Shown one piece after another: positions 22,569 to 33,499 of a DNA stretch of 64,000 bases. Where the stretch lies: assembly GCA_026110335.1 (NCBI GenBank), contig GCA_026110335.1_3055.1. The stretch is one strand, 5' to 3'. The stretch is from a phage. A model generated the notes under the pieces. That model worked only from the letters and a program-made list of their open reading frames with translations, ran no database searches and was not told the origin of the DNA. Position 1 is the first letter of the stretch. Each line of letters begins with the position of its first letter. A program made the translations under genes and the position numbers.

Positions 22569-25500
22569 ATGGCTACTTTAAAACAAATACAATTTAAAAG
22601 AAGCAAAACTGCAGGAGCACGTCCTGCCGCTTCAGTATTAGCCGAAGGTGAATTGGCTATAAACTTAAAAGACCGCGTACTTTTTACTAAAGATGACCAA
22701 GGAAATATTATTGATCTGGGTTTTGCTAAAGGCGGTAGTATTGACGGGAATGTTATTCATACAGGTAATTATAACCAAACCGGCGATTATACTTTAAATG
22801 GCACCTTCACTCAGACAGGTAATTTTAATTTAACTGGTATTGCTCGAGTAACTCGCGATATTATTGCCGCTGGGCAGATTATGACTGAGGGCGGAGAACT
22901 TATTACAAAAAGCTCAGGTACAGCGCATGTTCGTTTTTTCGATAACAATAGCCGCGAACGTGGAATCATTTATACCCCGGCCAATGATGGTTTAACTACA
23001 CAAGTACTTAATATCAGGGTTCAAGACTACGCCGCTGGTGATGAAAGCACCTATGCATTTTCGGGCAGTGGCCTATTTACTTCACCTGAAGTATCAGCAT
23101 GGAAATCTATTTCGTCTCCACAAATTCTGACCAACAAAGTCATTACAAATGGGAAGAAGACCGGCGATTATGACATTTATTCATTATCAAATAACACTCC
23201 AATGGCAGAAGGCGAAACGGCTATTAACCACCTCCGTGTTATGCGAAATGCTGTAGGAGCAGGTATTTTCCACGAAGTTAATGTTAATGACGGAATAACC
23301 TGGTATTCCGGAGATGGCTTAGACACTTATCTTTGGTCGTTTAACTGGGCCGGTGGATTGAAAGCAGGCCATTCTATTTCTATAGGTCTTCCGGGTGGCT
23401 CTAAAGGATATTCTGAATTAGGGACTGCCTCAATTGTTCTTGGGGATAATGATACCGGATTTAAATGGCATCAGGACGGATATTATTTCAGCGTTAATAA
23501 TGGAACAAAAACGTTTTTATTTAGTCCCAGCGAAACAACTAGCCTAAGAAAATTTGTAGCTGGATATTCTACTAACGGAACCGATTTAACTACTCCTCCA
23601 ACTGAAAACTATGCTTTGGCCACTGTTGTTACTTACCATGATAATAACGCGTTTGGAGACGGTCAGACTCTTTTAGGATATTATCAAGGTGGTAATTATC
23701 ATCATTATTTCCGCGGTAAGGGTACTACAAACATTAATACTCACGGTGGTTTGTTAGTTACTCCTGGTAATATTGACGTTATTGGTGGTTCTGTTAATAT
23801 TGATGGTCGTAATAATTCTTCTACGCTGTTGTTTAGAGGTAACACGACCGGAGCTAGTTCAGTTGATAATATGACAATTTCCGTTTGGGGCAATACGTTT
23901 ACTAATCCTAGTGTAGGTAATCGTAAAAACGTCATGGAAATTTCTGACGCAACTAGTTGGATGAGCTATATTCAAAGACTTACAACAGGTGAAGTAGAAA
24001 TGAACGTTAACGGTTCATTTGAATCATCTGGTGTTACTGCTGGAAATAGAGGAGTTCACACAACAGGCGAAATTTCATCTGGAGCAGTGAATGCGCTTCG
24101 TATTTGGAATGCAGATTATGGAGCTATTTTTAGACGTTCAGAAGGTAGTCTTCATATTATTCCAACTGCTTACGGTGAAGGTAAACATGGTGATATCGGT
24201 CCACTTCGCCCGTTTAGTATGGCTTTAGATACCGGTAAAGTTACTATTCCAGATTTACAATCAAGTTACAATACGTTTGCTGCTAACGGTTATATTAAAT
24301 TTGCTGGTCATGGAGCGGGTGCCGGCGGTTATGCTATTCAATATGTTCAAGCAGCTCCTATTTTCCAGGAAATCGATGATGATGCTGTAAGCAAATATTA
24401 TCCTATTGTTAAACAGAAGTTTTTAAACGGTAAAGCTGTCTGGTCTTTAGGTACTGAAATTAATTCGGGTACATTCGTTATTCATCATCTGAAAGAAGAT
24501 GGTTCACAAGGCCATACGTCTCGTTTTAATCAAGACGGTACTGTTAACTTCCCAGATAACGTTGCTGTCGGCGGCGGTGAAGCTACTATTGCTCGTAATG
24601 GTAACATCTGGTCTGATATCTGGAAAACGTTTACTTCAGCTGGTGACGTAACTAATATTCGCGATGCTATTGCTACTCGCGTTGCCAAAGAAGGCGACAC
24701 GATGACAGGCCGTTTAACTCTTAATGCCAACTCGGATGCTATTATTATTAACAGTGCTGCAACCGAATCTTGTTATGTGAAAGGACAAAAAGCGGGCGTT
24801 AATAACTGGTATGTTGGTAATGGTGGGGCTGATAATGCCATATCGTTTTATAGTTTCCGAAATAATTCAGGCATAATTGTTAATAATGGTGGCGATATTG
24901 CTTTAAACCCAGAAGGGTCAGCCACTTTTAATTTTAATAGGGACCGACTTTTTATTAATGGCTCTGTCTGGACCAGTCACCAGGCCGGCGATTGGGGAAA
25001 TCAATGGCGCCAGGAAGCTCCGATATTTGTGGATTTTGGCTACGTCGGTAATGATAGTTATTATCCAATTATCAAAGGAAAATCTGTTATTACGAATGAA
25101 GGATACGTATCTGGTGTTGATTTCGGTATGCGCCGTATCACTAATACTTGGGCACAAGGTATTATCCGTGTAGGTAATCAGGAAAACGGTTCCAGCCCAC
25201 AAGCTATCTATGAATTTCACCACAATGGAGTTATGTATGTTCCTGACATGGTTAAAACTGGAGCAAGATTATCAGCTGGCGGTGGTGACCCGGTGTGGAC
25301 TGGACCATGTCTTGTTATTGGTGATAATGATACCGGATTAGTTCATGGTGGTGACGGTCGTATTAACATGGTTGCAAATGGAATGCATATTGCTTCATGG
25401 TCGTCCGCTTACCATCTCCATGAAGGTCTTTGGGATACCACTGGTGCTTTGTGGACTGAACATGGAAGAGCTATTATTTCTTTTGGTCATTTAATCCAAC

Positions 25501-25880
25501 AAAGCGATGCCTATTCTACATATGTTCGAGATGTTTATGTCCGTTCGGATATTCGTGTTAAAAAAGACCTTGTTAAATTTGAAAATGCTTCTCAGAAGCT
25601 TTCTAAAATTAACGGTTACACTTATATGCAGAAGCGAGGCCTAGATGAAGAAGGCAATCAGAAATGGGAACCTAACGCCGGTTTAATTGCTCAAGAAGTT
25701 CAAGCTATTTTACCAGAATTAGTTGAAGGTGACCCTGATGGCGAAGCTTTACTTCGTTTGAACTATAACGGTGTAATTGGTTTAAATACAGCTGCAATCA
25801 ATGAGCATACTGCAGAAATTGCAGAACTTAAATCAGAAATCGAAGAACTTAAAGCATTAGTTAAATCATTGTTAAAATAA
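22569..25880 (+). CDS. 37: long tail fibre distal subunit gp37 with C-terminal intramolecular chaperone-like domain
   Basis: 1103 aa; conserved N-terminus; C-terminal about 110 aa (SDIRVKKDL...) resembles the self-cleaving chaperone domains of endosialidase-type fibres. Confidence 0.9.
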   Translation: MATLKQIQFKRSKTAGARPAASVLAEGELAINLKDRVLFTKDDQGNIIDLGFAKGGSIDGNVIHTGNYNQTGDYTLNGTFTQTGNFNLTGIARVTRDIIAAGQIMTEGGELITKSSGTAHVRFFDNNSRERGIIYTPANDGLTTQVLNIRVQDYAAGDESTYAFSGSGLFTSPEVSAWKSISSPQILTNKVITNGKKTGDYDIYSLSNNTPMAEGETAINHLRVMRNAVGAGIFHEVNVNDGITWYSGDGLDTYLWSFNWAGGLKAGHSISIGLPGGSKGYSELGTASIVLGDNDTGFKWHQDGYYFSVNNGTKTFLFSPSETTSLRKFVAGYSTNGTDLTTPPTENYALATVVTYHDNNAFGDGQTLLGYYQGGNYHHYFRGKGTTNINTHGGLLVTPGNIDVIGGSVNIDGRNNSSTLLFRGNTTGASSVDNMTISVWGNTFTNPSVGNRKNVMEISDATSWMSYIQRLTTGEVEMNVNGSFESSGVTAGNRGVHTTGEISSGAVNALRIWNADYGAIFRRSEGSLHIIPTAYGEGKHGDIGPLRPFSMALDTGKVTIPDLQSSYNTFAANGYIKFAGHGAGAGGYAIQYVQAAPIFQEIDDDAVSKYYPIVKQKFLNGKAVWSLGTEINSGTFVIHHLKEDGSQGHTSRFNQDGTVNFPDNVAVGGGEATIARNGNIWSDIWKTFTSAGDVTNIRDAIATRVAKEGDTMTGRLTLNANSDAIIINSAATESCYVKGQKAGVNNWYVGNGGADNAISFYSFRNNSGIIVNNGGDIALNPEGSATFNFNRDRLFINGSVWTSHQAGDWGNQWRQEAPIFVDFGYVGNDSYYPIIKGKSVITNEGYVSGVDFGMRRITNTWAQGIIRVGNQENGSSPQAIYEFHHNGVMYVPDMVKTGARLSAGGGDPVWTGPCLVIGDNDTGLVHGGDGRINMVANGMHIASWSSAYHLHEGLWDTTGALWTEHGRAIISFGHLIQQSDAYSTYVRDVYVRSDIRVKKDLVKFENASQKLSKINGYTYMQKRGLDEEGNQKWEPNAGLIAQEVQAILPELVEGDPDGEALLRLNYNGVIGLNTAAINEHTAEIAELKSEIEELKALVKSLLK

Positions 25881-25911
25881 TAAGAGGGGCTTCGGCCCCT
25901 TGGAGGTTTAT

Positions 25912-26688
25912 ATGGCAGTAACAGGACCATGGGTAGGATCGTCTGCAGTAGTTAATACAGGACAAAATTGGATGGGTGGCGCGGCCCAACGATTAAGAAT
26001 GGGTGCTCCATTTTGGATGAGTAATATGATAGGTCGATCTGTTGAAATAATTCACACGCTTGGAGCAGACCATAACTTCAATGGTCAATGGTTCCGAGAT
26101 AGATGTTTTGAGGCAGGTAGTGCACCTATAGTGTTTAATATCACTGGAGATTTAGTATCATATTCTAAAGATGTTCCTTTATTCTTCATGTACGGAGATA
26201 CACCGAATGAATATGTTCAACTGAATATACATGGTGTAACGATGTATGGCCGTGGCGGGAATGGCGGTAGCAATGGTCCTGGCTCAGCTGGAGGTCATTG
26301 TATTCAAAACGATATTGGTGGGAGACTAAGAATTAATAATGGCGGAGCTATCGCAGGCGGTGGCGGTGGTGGCGGTGGTGGGTATTATTCTCCTACGAAA
26401 CCAATGAAATTAACCTTTGGTGGTGGTGGCGGTCGTCCGTTTGGTGCTGCTGGTGGATCTGCCAACATGCAATCAGGCGCAACTGCTGGTACTCTTTATG
26501 CGCCTGGTTCGGGGTCTGTAAACGGTGTCTACAATGGCGGAAACGGTGGCGAAGTTGGCTCCGCAGGAGGTAGATGTAATATTCGTGGTCAAGGATCTGA
26601 ACATAATGGCGGAGCTGCTGGTTATGCCGTCATAGGGTCTACACCGACATGGCAAAACGTTGGAGCAATATATGGTCCAAGAGTATAA
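25912..26688 (+). CDS. 38: gp38 receptor-recognising adhesin, T2-type (glycine-rich)
   Basis: 258 aa from ATG with GGAGG RBS; conserved N-terminal region and multiple poly-glycine motifs typical of T2-like gp38. Confidence 0.85.
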   Translation: MAVTGPWVGSSAVVNTGQNWMGGAAQRLRMGAPFWMSNMIGRSVEIIHTLGADHNFNGQWFRDRCFEAGSAPIVFNITGDLVSYSKDVPLFFMYGDTPNEYVQLNIHGVTMYGRGGNGGSNGPGSAGGHCIQNDIGGRLRINNGGAIAGGGGGGGGGYYSPTKPMKLTFGGGGGRPFGAAGGSANMQSGATAGTLYAPGSGSVNGVYNGGNGGEVGSAGGRCNIRGQGSEHNGGAAGYAVIGSTPTWQNVGAIYGPRV

Positions 26689-26718
26689 TTTGAATAAATA
26701 TCCTTAAAAGGAGGGTCT

Positions 26719-27375
26719 ATGGCAGCACCTAGAATATCATTTTCGCCCTCTGATATTCTGTTGGGTGTTCTAGATCGCTTGTTCAAAGATAACGCTACCG
26801 GGAAGGTTCTTGCTTCCCGGGTAGCTGTCGTAATTCTTTTATTTATGATGGCGATTGTTTGGTATAGGGGAGATAGTTTCTTTGAGTACTATAAGCAATC
26901 AAAGTATGAAACATACCGTGAAATTGTTGAAAAGGAAAGAACTGCACGCTTTGAATCTGTCGCCCTGGAACAACTCCAGATAGTTCATATATCATCTGAG
27001 GCAGACTTTAGTGCGGTGTATTCTTTCCGCCCTAAAAACTTAAACTATTTTGTTGATATTATAGCATACGAAGGAAAATTACCTTCGACAATAAGTGAAA
27101 AATCACTTGGAGGATATCCTGTTGATAAAACTATGGATGAATATGCAGTCCATTTAAATGGACGTCATTATTATTCTAACTCAAAATTTGCTTTTTTACC
27201 AACTAAAAAGCCTACTCCCGAAATAAACTACATGTATAGTTGTCCATATTTTAATTTGGATAATATCTATGCTGGAACGATAACCATGTACTGGTATAGA
27301 AATGATCATATAAGTAATGACCGCCTTGAATCAATATGTGCTCAGGCGGCCAGAATATTAGGAAGGGCTAAATAA
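26719..27375 (+). CDS. t: holin
   Basis: 218 aa; single N-terminal TM segment and large C-terminal domain; position after gene 38. Confidence 0.9.
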   Translation: MAAPRISFSPSDILLGVLDRLFKDNATGKVLASRVAVVILLFMMAIVWYRGDSFFEYYKQSKYETYREIVEKERTARFESVALEQLQIVHISSEADFSAVYSFRPKNLNYFVDIIAYEGKLPSTISEKSLGGYPVDKTMDEYAVHLNGRHYYSNSKFAFLPTKKPTPEINYMYSCPYFNLDNIYAGTITMYWYRNDHISNDRLESICAQAARILGRAK

Positions 27376-27648
27376 TTATTTGTTCGTATACATCTCTAGA
27401 TATCGATATACACCCTCAAAACCCTCGTTGAATTCGTCGATGAGGGTTTTCTTATCTTCTTGAGTTAATTCAGAAACAATTTTACGGAATGAATTCTGAT
27501 TTAATTTTCTACCTTCATGCGTTACTCCAATCTCATTCAGAAATGCAATAAAATTAGCACGATTCTCAACAATATCTTCTCTGGAAAATTTAATCAAAAT
27601 AGACGCAACAGTAATAATTTCACGAACTGTATCAATATTTTTATTCAT
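27376..27648 (-). CDS. asiA: AsiA anti-sigma-70 factor
   Basis: 90 aa MNKNIDTVREIITVASILIKFSREDIVENRANFIAFLNEIGVTHEGRKL...; matches recalled T4 AsiA. Confidence 0.92.
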   Translation of the reverse strand: MNKNIDTVREIITVASILIKFSREDIVENRANFIAFLNEIGVTHEGRKLNQNSFRKIVSELTQEDKKTLIDEFNEGFEGVYRYLEMYTNK

Positions 27649-27809
27649 TAACTATACCGCTCAATTAGTTGACTTTGTTATAATATCATCAGACGCTTGA
27701 TTTGTAAACTGGTCTGTGTTATTTTCTTCAAAAATTTTTTCTATGAATTCCTTGAACGACTCACGTTCCTGAGCTACATTATGCTCGATTACCTTTTCAA
27801 GATTATGAC

Positions 27810-28088
27810 TCATTCGAAATAATCTTCAATTTCATAATCATGGACATAAATCATTATAGTTTTTAATACATCATCAATACTTTTTCCTGGAGCTGGAATT
27901 ACGTAGAAATATCCTGCTTTTGAGAGGTCTTTATAAGTTCCAATCAAGAAATCATTATTCTCAAGATGTAGTTCTTCAACTAATTCATTAACAATTGAGT
28001 GGTATAAATTTGGTAGAAACTTATATAGCTTTTCTAGAATATCAATTTTGATTGTGTATTGAACCACGGACTGAGAATCAATAATCAT
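27810..28088 (-). CDS. arn: Arn anti-restriction (McrBC inhibitor)
   Basis: 92 aa; position between asiA and motA; length matches T4 Arn. Confidence 0.7.
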   Translation of the reverse strand: MIIDSQSVVQYTIKIDILEKLYKFLPNLYHSIVNELVEELHLENNDFLIGTYKDLSKAGYFYVIPAPGKSIDDVLKTIMIYVHDYEIEDYFE

Positions 28089-28171
28089 AGACCTTCCCCT
28101 TATGTTTCTGTTTGCGATTAGATTCTTTAAACGCTTTCTTCTTATCCTTATGAACAGAAGCTTTATTAAAA

Positions 28172-28390
28172 TTATGTTTTGCGACTAAATTGTTCATAGT
28201 GCTGAATTACCTCTCTCAAACATTTGCATGTGAATGAAAACTTTTTAGCTACACCACATTCAAATATATGTTCTCTTAAATCGCGTGTATCGGTATATCC
28301 CATCTCAACGATAAAATGCCGTATTAGATTTTTATCTTTATCATTGAGAGAATTAAAATAATCAGATTTTGAATTAATTTCCCTGGCCAA
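28172..28390 (-). CDS. hypothetical protein (72 aa), arn.1-like
   Basis: ORF track; position. Confidence 0.45.
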   Translation of the reverse strand: MAREINSKSDYFNSLNDKDKNLIRHFIVEMGYTDTRDLREHIFECGVAKKFSFTCKCLREVIQHYEQFSRKT

Positions 28391-28670
28391 ATTGAATCAC
28401 CTTCAGTTGACGTTTTAACTCTTTTATCATTTCTTCGTTCATCGCAATATAAAGATCGCGTAAAGCAGGTTTTAGCATTCCATTTACTGGAGAACTAAAT
28501 GGACATACATAATCTTTTCCTACAAGCTTTTTGGCGAATTCCATATCGCAGAACTTAAATCCCGGCTCATTGGTATAAATTCCCCAATTAGTTGACATCA
28601 TTTTATTGGCATATTCCAATGCCTGGATTTGATTCATAATTCCATCAATTTGAAACTTTTTAATATTCAT
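28374..28670 (-). CDS. hypothetical protein (98 aa)
   Basis: ORF track; position. Confidence 0.45.
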   Translation of the reverse strand: MNIKKFQIDGIMNQIQALEYANKMMSTNWGIYTNEPGFKFCDMEFAKKLVGKDYVCPFSSPVNGMLKPALRDLYIAMNEEMIKELKRQLKVIQFGQGN

Positions 28671-29131
28671 TAGTAAAGGTCCTCAGAGTAAAGTTCTTTT
28701 TCACTACCACCACGTTCAATACGTACTTGTCCAGCGTAAGTTGCAATAATCATTGCTTCTTCACGTGTCCAATAATTACTATATTGGTCAATAAACCCTT
28801 GGTCATCATCACAAACTTGTTGAGTAACTAATTGAGGTTTAACTACATCTAAAACTTCTGCCATATCTTTAGAATAATGACGAGCACCTGGAATAATAAG
28901 AGTTCGTCCATCTTTTAATTTAAAACGGTTGGCTGCGCAGACAATTCGTCGTTGATACTTTTGGTTTTCATCCCAATACGCAGTCTGCCAACAGATTTCA
29001 GGAACTTCTTTCAGAATATCTTCTTCTGTGCATTTATAACCATGCGCTTTAAATTTTTGAACAAGACTCTCCGGAGTCTCACGAGATAAAGGAACATTTA
29101 GCATTTTTAAACGATTAATAAATGGGTTCAT
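28670..29131 (-). CDS. hypothetical protein (153 aa)
   Basis: ORF track; coupled start/stop with neighbours. Confidence 0.5.
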   Translation of the reverse strand: MNPFINRLKMLNVPLSRETPESLVQKFKAHGYKCTEEDILKEVPEICWQTAYWDENQKYQRRIVCAANRFKLKDGRTLIIPGARHYSKDMAEVLDVVKPQLVTQQVCDDDQGFIDQYSNYWTREEAMIIATYAGQVRIERGGSEKELYSEDLY

Positions 29132-29457
29132 TTAAACCATCCTTTAATACGTTGCCACAAAGTTTTCTGTTGAGCTTTGTTAACACCAATTGAACGAATA
29201 ACTGGTTGAGATTCCTGGAATTCTTTATAATCAGCAAGGTAAATTTCGTAAGCTGCATCCGTAAATGAACTTATCGCTGCCATAAAATTATTGCGAATAC
29301 CTACTGGAGCATCTTTACTTTCACGAATAATCATGTATTTACCAGTCTTAATCTTTACGATAGTTCCAAGATAAGCTCCGTGGTACCAGATGTCCCAACC
29401 CTCTTGAGTAGGTTCTGCGCAACGACGAAGTTCATTAACGATTTCTAACTTGTTCAT
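29128..29457 (-). CDS. hypothetical protein (109 aa)
   Basis: ORF track. Confidence 0.45.
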   Translation of the reverse strand: MNKLEIVNELRRCAEPTQEGWDIWYHGAYLGTIVKIKTGKYMIIRESKDAPVGIRNNFMAAISSFTDAAYEIYLADYKEFQESQPVIRSIGVNKAQQKTLWQRIKGWFK

Positions 29458-29467
29458 TATTTATTCC

Positions 29468-30103
29468 TCACAGTTCAGATGCTACAGTGATTACAGCTTC
29501 AATGTTTTCTGCCGAGCGTTTAATGTCAAGATACACATTACCGTTTTTAGCGATTTTACATGACATTCCGATATCAGTAAATTTCTGAATATGATGTTCC
29601 ATCATTTTGTATCCAAAAATTCGCATATTTCCATTGTTGTTAATTTCAAAATTACGAATTCCGTGAGTGCGTTTTTCTAAAATAGCAAGATAGTTACTAC
29701 GATAAGTTTCAACTTTTTTAAGAACAAATCCATTTTCATCCAAAAGTTTTAACATGAAGTCTTTATCTTCTTCCATATCAGAAGTAATCTCACGAGCTTT
29801 ACGAGTTGCTCGTTTTTTCAGCAGTTCCGGAGCGTTTTCCTGTGCGTATAAAGTTGCTGCATTTGAAATAATATCCTGAGCTTCACCAGTAATGATTAAT
29901 CCATCACCAGATTTCTCCACCAGGCCTTTTTTAATCAATACCCCAATATTACTATTAACTACTGCATTACCTAAATCTGGATGCACCTCACGAACTTCTG
30001 CAGCTGTAATGAAATCTTTCTTAGCAATAGTAATTAAAATCGCAGCAGTTTTTTCATTCAGAACATCGTTAGAAGCTTTGATGATGTAAGTTACTTTAGA
30101 CAT
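29468..30103 (-). CDS. motA: MotA middle-transcription activator
   Basis: 211 aa; matches recalled T4 MotA; next to asiA/arn cluster. Confidence 0.9.
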   Translation of the reverse strand: MSKVTYIIKASNDVLNEKTAAILITIAKKDFITAAEVREVHPDLGNAVVNSNIGVLIKKGLVEKSGDGLIITGEAQDIISNAATLYAQENAPELLKKRATRKAREITSDMEEDKDFMLKLLDENGFVLKKVETYRSNYLAILEKRTHGIRNFEINNNGNMRIFGYKMMEHHIQKFTDIGMSCKIAKNGNVYLDIKRSAENIEAVITVASEL

Positions 30104-30144
30104 TTTCTAATCTCCGTAATTCTGTATCAGTAGTTGATAGTTGT

Positions 30145-30174
30145 ATAGTACCACAGTATGCTTTGGTTGTAAAC
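30145..30174 (-). promoter_or_regulatory. T4-type early promoter for motA
   Basis: GTTTAC-N18-TACTAT with A/T-rich upstream region. Confidence 0.6.
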
Positions 30175-30198
30175 CGTTTTGTGAAAAAAATTTTTGAA

Positions 30199-30228
30199 AT
30201 AAAAAAGGGAGAGCCTCGGCTCTCCCTA
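30199..30228 (-). terminator. intrinsic terminator
   Basis: GGGAGAGCC-tc-GGCTCTCCC hairpin followed by T-run on minus strand. Confidence 0.6.
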
Positions 30229-30231
30229 AAA

Positions 30232-30381
30232 TTACTGCATGACTGTGACAACTATCATGATAACACGTTGAATGCCGAACGCAAGAAGACCTCCTGCTAC
30301 GGCTGGAACAACGCCTAAACCCGCCAGTAAAATGCCGCCAGATACTAATGCTGCGCTTGTAATACCAATGAATGGACTCAT
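30232..30381 (-). CDS. small hydrophobic membrane protein (49 aa)
   Basis: ATG overlaps gene 52 stop (ATGA); MSPFIGITSAALVSGGILLAGLGVVPAVAGGLLAFGIQRVIMIVVTVMQ. Confidence 0.5.
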   Translation of the reverse strand: MSPFIGITSAALVSGGILLAGLGVVPAVAGGLLAFGIQRVIMIVVTVMQ

Positions 30382-31706
30382 TTGATTTCCTCTAAATCTT
30401 TGGTGTATTCGGTAACTACATCAGTAGTTTTCCAATATTCGTTTTCTTCTTTTTTAGCTTTAGCTTCTTCAGCAAGTTTCTTTGCTTCATCAGAAGTCAT
30501 ATGAAAAATATTCATTCCAACTAGTTTATCAACATAAGAAGAATACATGTCGATTTTCGAAAGTTCTTCGGTCAGTTCTTTACGAGTTTTACCCTGTACA
30601 ACAATTTCACCTGAAATTACTTTCTTAATGAAATGTGCCTTGGCAAAGGCTAAACGAAATGCTGATTCAGTTTCTTTGATTTTGTTATCAATTCGTTTTT
30701 GGACATAAGTTTTACGAACTTCAACAAAGTCTTTAATTAAATCAACTACGTTATCGTAAACTTGCAGCTTTCCTTTCTCATTAATGACTGTAATATTTTG
30801 GGAACGACGCTCAATCAACCCGAAGTCTTTCATGATTTTTGCATGGCGTTCTTCTTCGTTATCACTCAAAGAATATTCTTTACGGAATTTAACTTTAAAG
30901 CCAAAGCCATGTTCACCACAAGCATCATCCCATGTAATGAAGCCTTTATCTTCAAGCGGGTCTAAGATTTTACTCACATAAGTTTCACGATCATACTTAT
31001 ACGGAATCTCAGTGATATTCATTTGAGTTCGTGAAGTAAACTTGTACGTTCCACGAATTTCATATTGACCGTCAATTTCAACGACTTCACCACGAAATTC
31101 TGGGAATTCTACTTTCGGTTTAGTTACTTTCTTTCCTTGAAGAGCTTGTAATACAGCTTTCTTAACAGAAGAAACACTATGAGGAAGAATGTAAGTTGCA
31201 TAACCAGTTGCAATACCGGAAACGCCATTAAGAAGAACAGTAGGAATAACAGGCAAATAGAAAGCAGGCGGAATGTGTTCTTTATCTTGATGTACCGGAG
31301 CATATTCAGTATCTTTATATACGTTATAGAAATTTTTACTTACACGAGCAAAAATATAACGACTTGCTGCTGCCTTTTGGACAGTACGAGAACCAAAGTT
31401 TCCTTGACCATCTAACAAAGGAAAGTTATTATTCCAAGTATTAGCCATCAAAGCACCTGCGTCTTGCGCAGAGTTTTCACCATGATGATATCCAAGGTCC
31501 GCTACACCGCCTGCGATAGAAGCGAGTTTGTGAAACTTATCTTTATTTCCTCGTGCCAAATCAAGAGCTCGAGCAATAACAAATCGTTGAACTGGCTTAA
31601 ATCCGTCAATCATATTTGGAATGGCACGATTTTCAACCGTGTACATAGCATAAGCCAATGCTTCATTATCAATGATACTTTTTAAATCGCGATTATTCAG
31701 TTGCAT
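30378..31706 (-). CDS. 52: DNA topoisomerase II medium subunit gp52
   Basis: 442 aa; GyrA-like N-terminal domain with active-site region; matches recalled T4 gp52. Confidence 0.93.
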   Translation of the reverse strand: MQLNNRDLKSIIDNEALAYAMYTVENRAIPNMIDGFKPVQRFVIARALDLARGNKDKFHKLASIAGGVADLGYHHGENSAQDAGALMANTWNNNFPLLDGQGNFGSRTVQKAAASRYIFARVSKNFYNVYKDTEYAPVHQDKEHIPPAFYLPVIPTVLLNGVSGIATGYATYILPHSVSSVKKAVLQALQGKKVTKPKVEFPEFRGEVVEIDGQYEIRGTYKFTSRTQMNITEIPYKYDRETYVSKILDPLEDKGFITWDDACGEHGFGFKVKFRKEYSLSDNEEERHAKIMKDFGLIERRSQNITVINEKGKLQVYDNVVDLIKDFVEVRKTYVQKRIDNKIKETESAFRLAFAKAHFIKKVISGEIVVQGKTRKELTEELSKIDMYSSYVDKLVGMNIFHMTSDEAKKLAEEAKAKKEENEYWKTTDVVTEYTKDLEEIK

Positions 31707-31710
31707 AAAT

Positions 31711-31851
31711 TTACCATACTAGTGAATGTAGTGCCATAATAACATCAGAAATGAAAAGCACGACTTGAATTAATCCGAACATTATTCCGTAATATAATGC
31801 TATCAATAAAATAGCAAGGGCTAGTGAATAGCCCAAGATTTTCTTAATCAT
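31711..31851 (-). CDS. small hydrophobic membrane protein (46 aa), 52.1-like
   Basis: Hand-translated ORF MIKKILGYSLALAILLIALYYGIMFGLIQVVLFISDVIMALHSLVW; not in ORF track (<60 aa). Confidence 0.4.
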   Translation of the reverse strand: MIKKILGYSLALAILLIALYYGIMFGLIQVVLFISDVIMALHSLVW

Positions 31852-32002
31852 TAGTAGATAACAACACAAATGTTAAATATGCACACATACCCTGAGCTAA
31901 AGCTTGCGAAAACACACTGCTGGCATCAATACAGATAGTTAAAACACATGCTACTATCCAACAAATAAATGAAATAACTCCTAATAATTTTGCGATATTC
32001 AT
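31844..32002 (-). CDS. ac: small membrane protein (52 aa), probable Ac (acridine sensitivity)
   Basis: Hand-translated; hydrophobic; position between stp and 52 as in T4. Confidence 0.45.
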   Translation of the reverse strand: MNIAKLLGVISFICWIVACVLTICIDASSVFSQALAQGMCAYLTFVLLSTND

Positions 32003-32009
32003 ATTTTCC

Positions 32010-32090
32010 TCACTGGCGTCCGAAGACGCCTTTGGTTTTAAGATTGTTACGATAGAACTGCATCACGTGTTCATTGTGGAAATTACTCAT
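32010..32090 (-). CDS. stp: Stp peptide (26 aa)
   Basis: Hand-translated [26 protein letters not shown] matches recalled T4 Stp; ATG overlaps ndd stop. Confidence 0.8.
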
Positions 32091-32548
32091 TAATATGCCT
32101 GCAAAACAAATTTAAAGTTATCAGCCAACATACGATTCATTTCTTCAAGTGTTTGATACTCAGAATGATGATTACGAGTAAACGCCAAAGCTAACTGTCC
32201 TTTTCCAAATCCCGTCGTCAAAGGTTTCATCTTAGAAGCAGGCAGATAAAATACTGTGTATGGAACATTGTTATTTGCAATAGTACGTGCAAGCTGAGAC
32301 CGACGTTGACGAATATGACTTAGAACTGCGCTGAATCCTTGCTTAGAACGTTGATTACCTACATAAAATCGTGCAGACACACATGGATTACTAAATGGAC
32401 GACCATCTAATTTACTTACTAAAAAGTAAAATCCAGGTTTAGACAAAATGTCTTTATGCGGAGTTCCAAAAACCCATTCACCGCCCTTGATTGTACCAAT
32501 AACAGTAGCACCTGCATTATTCAGATCAGTAACAGTCATGTATTTCAT
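32090..32548 (-). CDS. ndd: Ndd nucleoid disruption protein
   Basis: 152 aa from [25 protein letters not shown]...; matches recalled T4 Ndd. Confidence 0.88.
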
Positions 32549-32606
32549 ATTAATTTCCTCTAAATTATTTTCTACTCCAAGGCCGCATGAATACGCGGCC
32601 GATAAA

Positions 32607-32822
32607 TTAATCGTCACAGTCGACGCTCAATTCCCAAAACTCTTCTACGGTATAAGTTTCAGTATCATTTTCAATACAGAAACGTTCATTACTGTTATTT
32701 GCTAAAGTAGCGTTAACTGTCGGTTTCTCGCTAGTGCTCTTAAGAGGTGAAATACGAATTAACTGATCACCGTTATCTAAACAGAAAATTTCACCAACTT
32801 TTACATCTTTAAAACTTTTCAT
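32607..32822 (-). CDS. hypothetical protein (71 aa), ndd.1-like
   Basis: ORF track; position. Confidence 0.45.
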   Translation of the reverse strand: MKSFKDVKVGEIFCLDNGDQLIRISPLKSTSEKPTVNATLANNSNERFCIENDTETYTVEEFWELSVDCDD

Positions 32823-32937
32823 AATTCACCTCAAGGAGTATAAAATCCGAATGCAGTTGTTGACCATCCCATCCAATATGGGAAATTTGCACCAATGTAA
32901 AACATGAGAATATAAAACCAAATGTTTAGTAAATTCA

Positions 32938-33156
32938 TCATTTTACACCATTCCAAATTGTTTCAACCACAGATTTTAAACCATTTTGATGAATATCAAT
33001 TCCGACTACCGCCATCAAATAGATTCCAACTACAACTGAACCTAAGGCAAAAATCAGCATGAAAATGAATAAAGCCGGAAAAATATTATCGAAAAACCAT
33101 TCAATAAATGTAAAAGCACTGCGTTTACGCTTCATATTTTCCTCACATAAATCCAA
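32938..33156 (-). CDS. small integral membrane protein (72 aa)
   Basis: Two hydrophobic segments. Confidence 0.45.
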   Translation of the reverse strand: MDLCEENMKRKRSAFTFIEWFFDNIFPALFIFMLIFALGSVVVGIYLMAVVGIDIHQNGLKSVVETIWNGVK

Positions 33157-33256
33157 AATAAACGTTTAATACATCAATCATTAAAACGATTGGGAATATA
33201 CTCAAAACTATTAGTATTATAACTACATTCCATATAGCTTTAACAATCTTTTTCAT
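33143..33256 (-). CDS. small hydrophobic peptide (about 37 aa)
   Basis: Start set at MKKIVKAIW because an early promoter lies inside the longer ORF-track frame. Confidence 0.35.
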   Translation of the reverse strand: MKKIVKAIWNVVIILIVLSIFPIVLMIDVLNVYFGFM

Positions 33257-33283
33257 TTTCTGTTCCTCCGTAGTTGATAGGGT

Positions 33284-33313
33284 AATAGTACCACAAAGGA
33301 ACAGTCTTGTAAA
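33284..33313 (-). promoter_or_regulatory. T4-type early promoter
   Basis: GTTTAC-N18-TACTAT. Confidence 0.55.
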
Positions 33314-33499
33314 CAACTTTTTTAAAAATATTCGTAATAAATGTGAATACCAACTACTACCGCTGAAACCTGTGCAACCCACCACGCGCAAGCAATAAGT
33401 ACAGAATTCAAAATTTTCATAATAACCTCATCACAAAAGTAAATGTTAAACAAATTACTGGAATACTAATTAACCAAACAAAACACCACCACAATGAAC

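Noticed and set aside
26340-26420. GGT/GGC tandem repeat resembling a microsatellite
   Set aside because: It is the coding sequence for the poly-glycine motifs of gp38, not a non-coding repeat.
32013-32028. GGCGTC-cgaa-GACGCC hairpin followed by T-rich tract, resembling an intrinsic terminator
   Set aside because: It lies inside the stp coding sequence (encodes ...GVFGRQ) and is oriented for the plus strand, which carries no gene here; more likely coincidental or an mRNA structural element.
31707-32100. Apparent non-coding gap between gene 52 and ndd
   Set aside because: Hand translation shows it is filled by three small genes (52.1-like, ac-like, stp) below the 60-aa ORF-track cutoff, so it is not an intergenic regulatory region.
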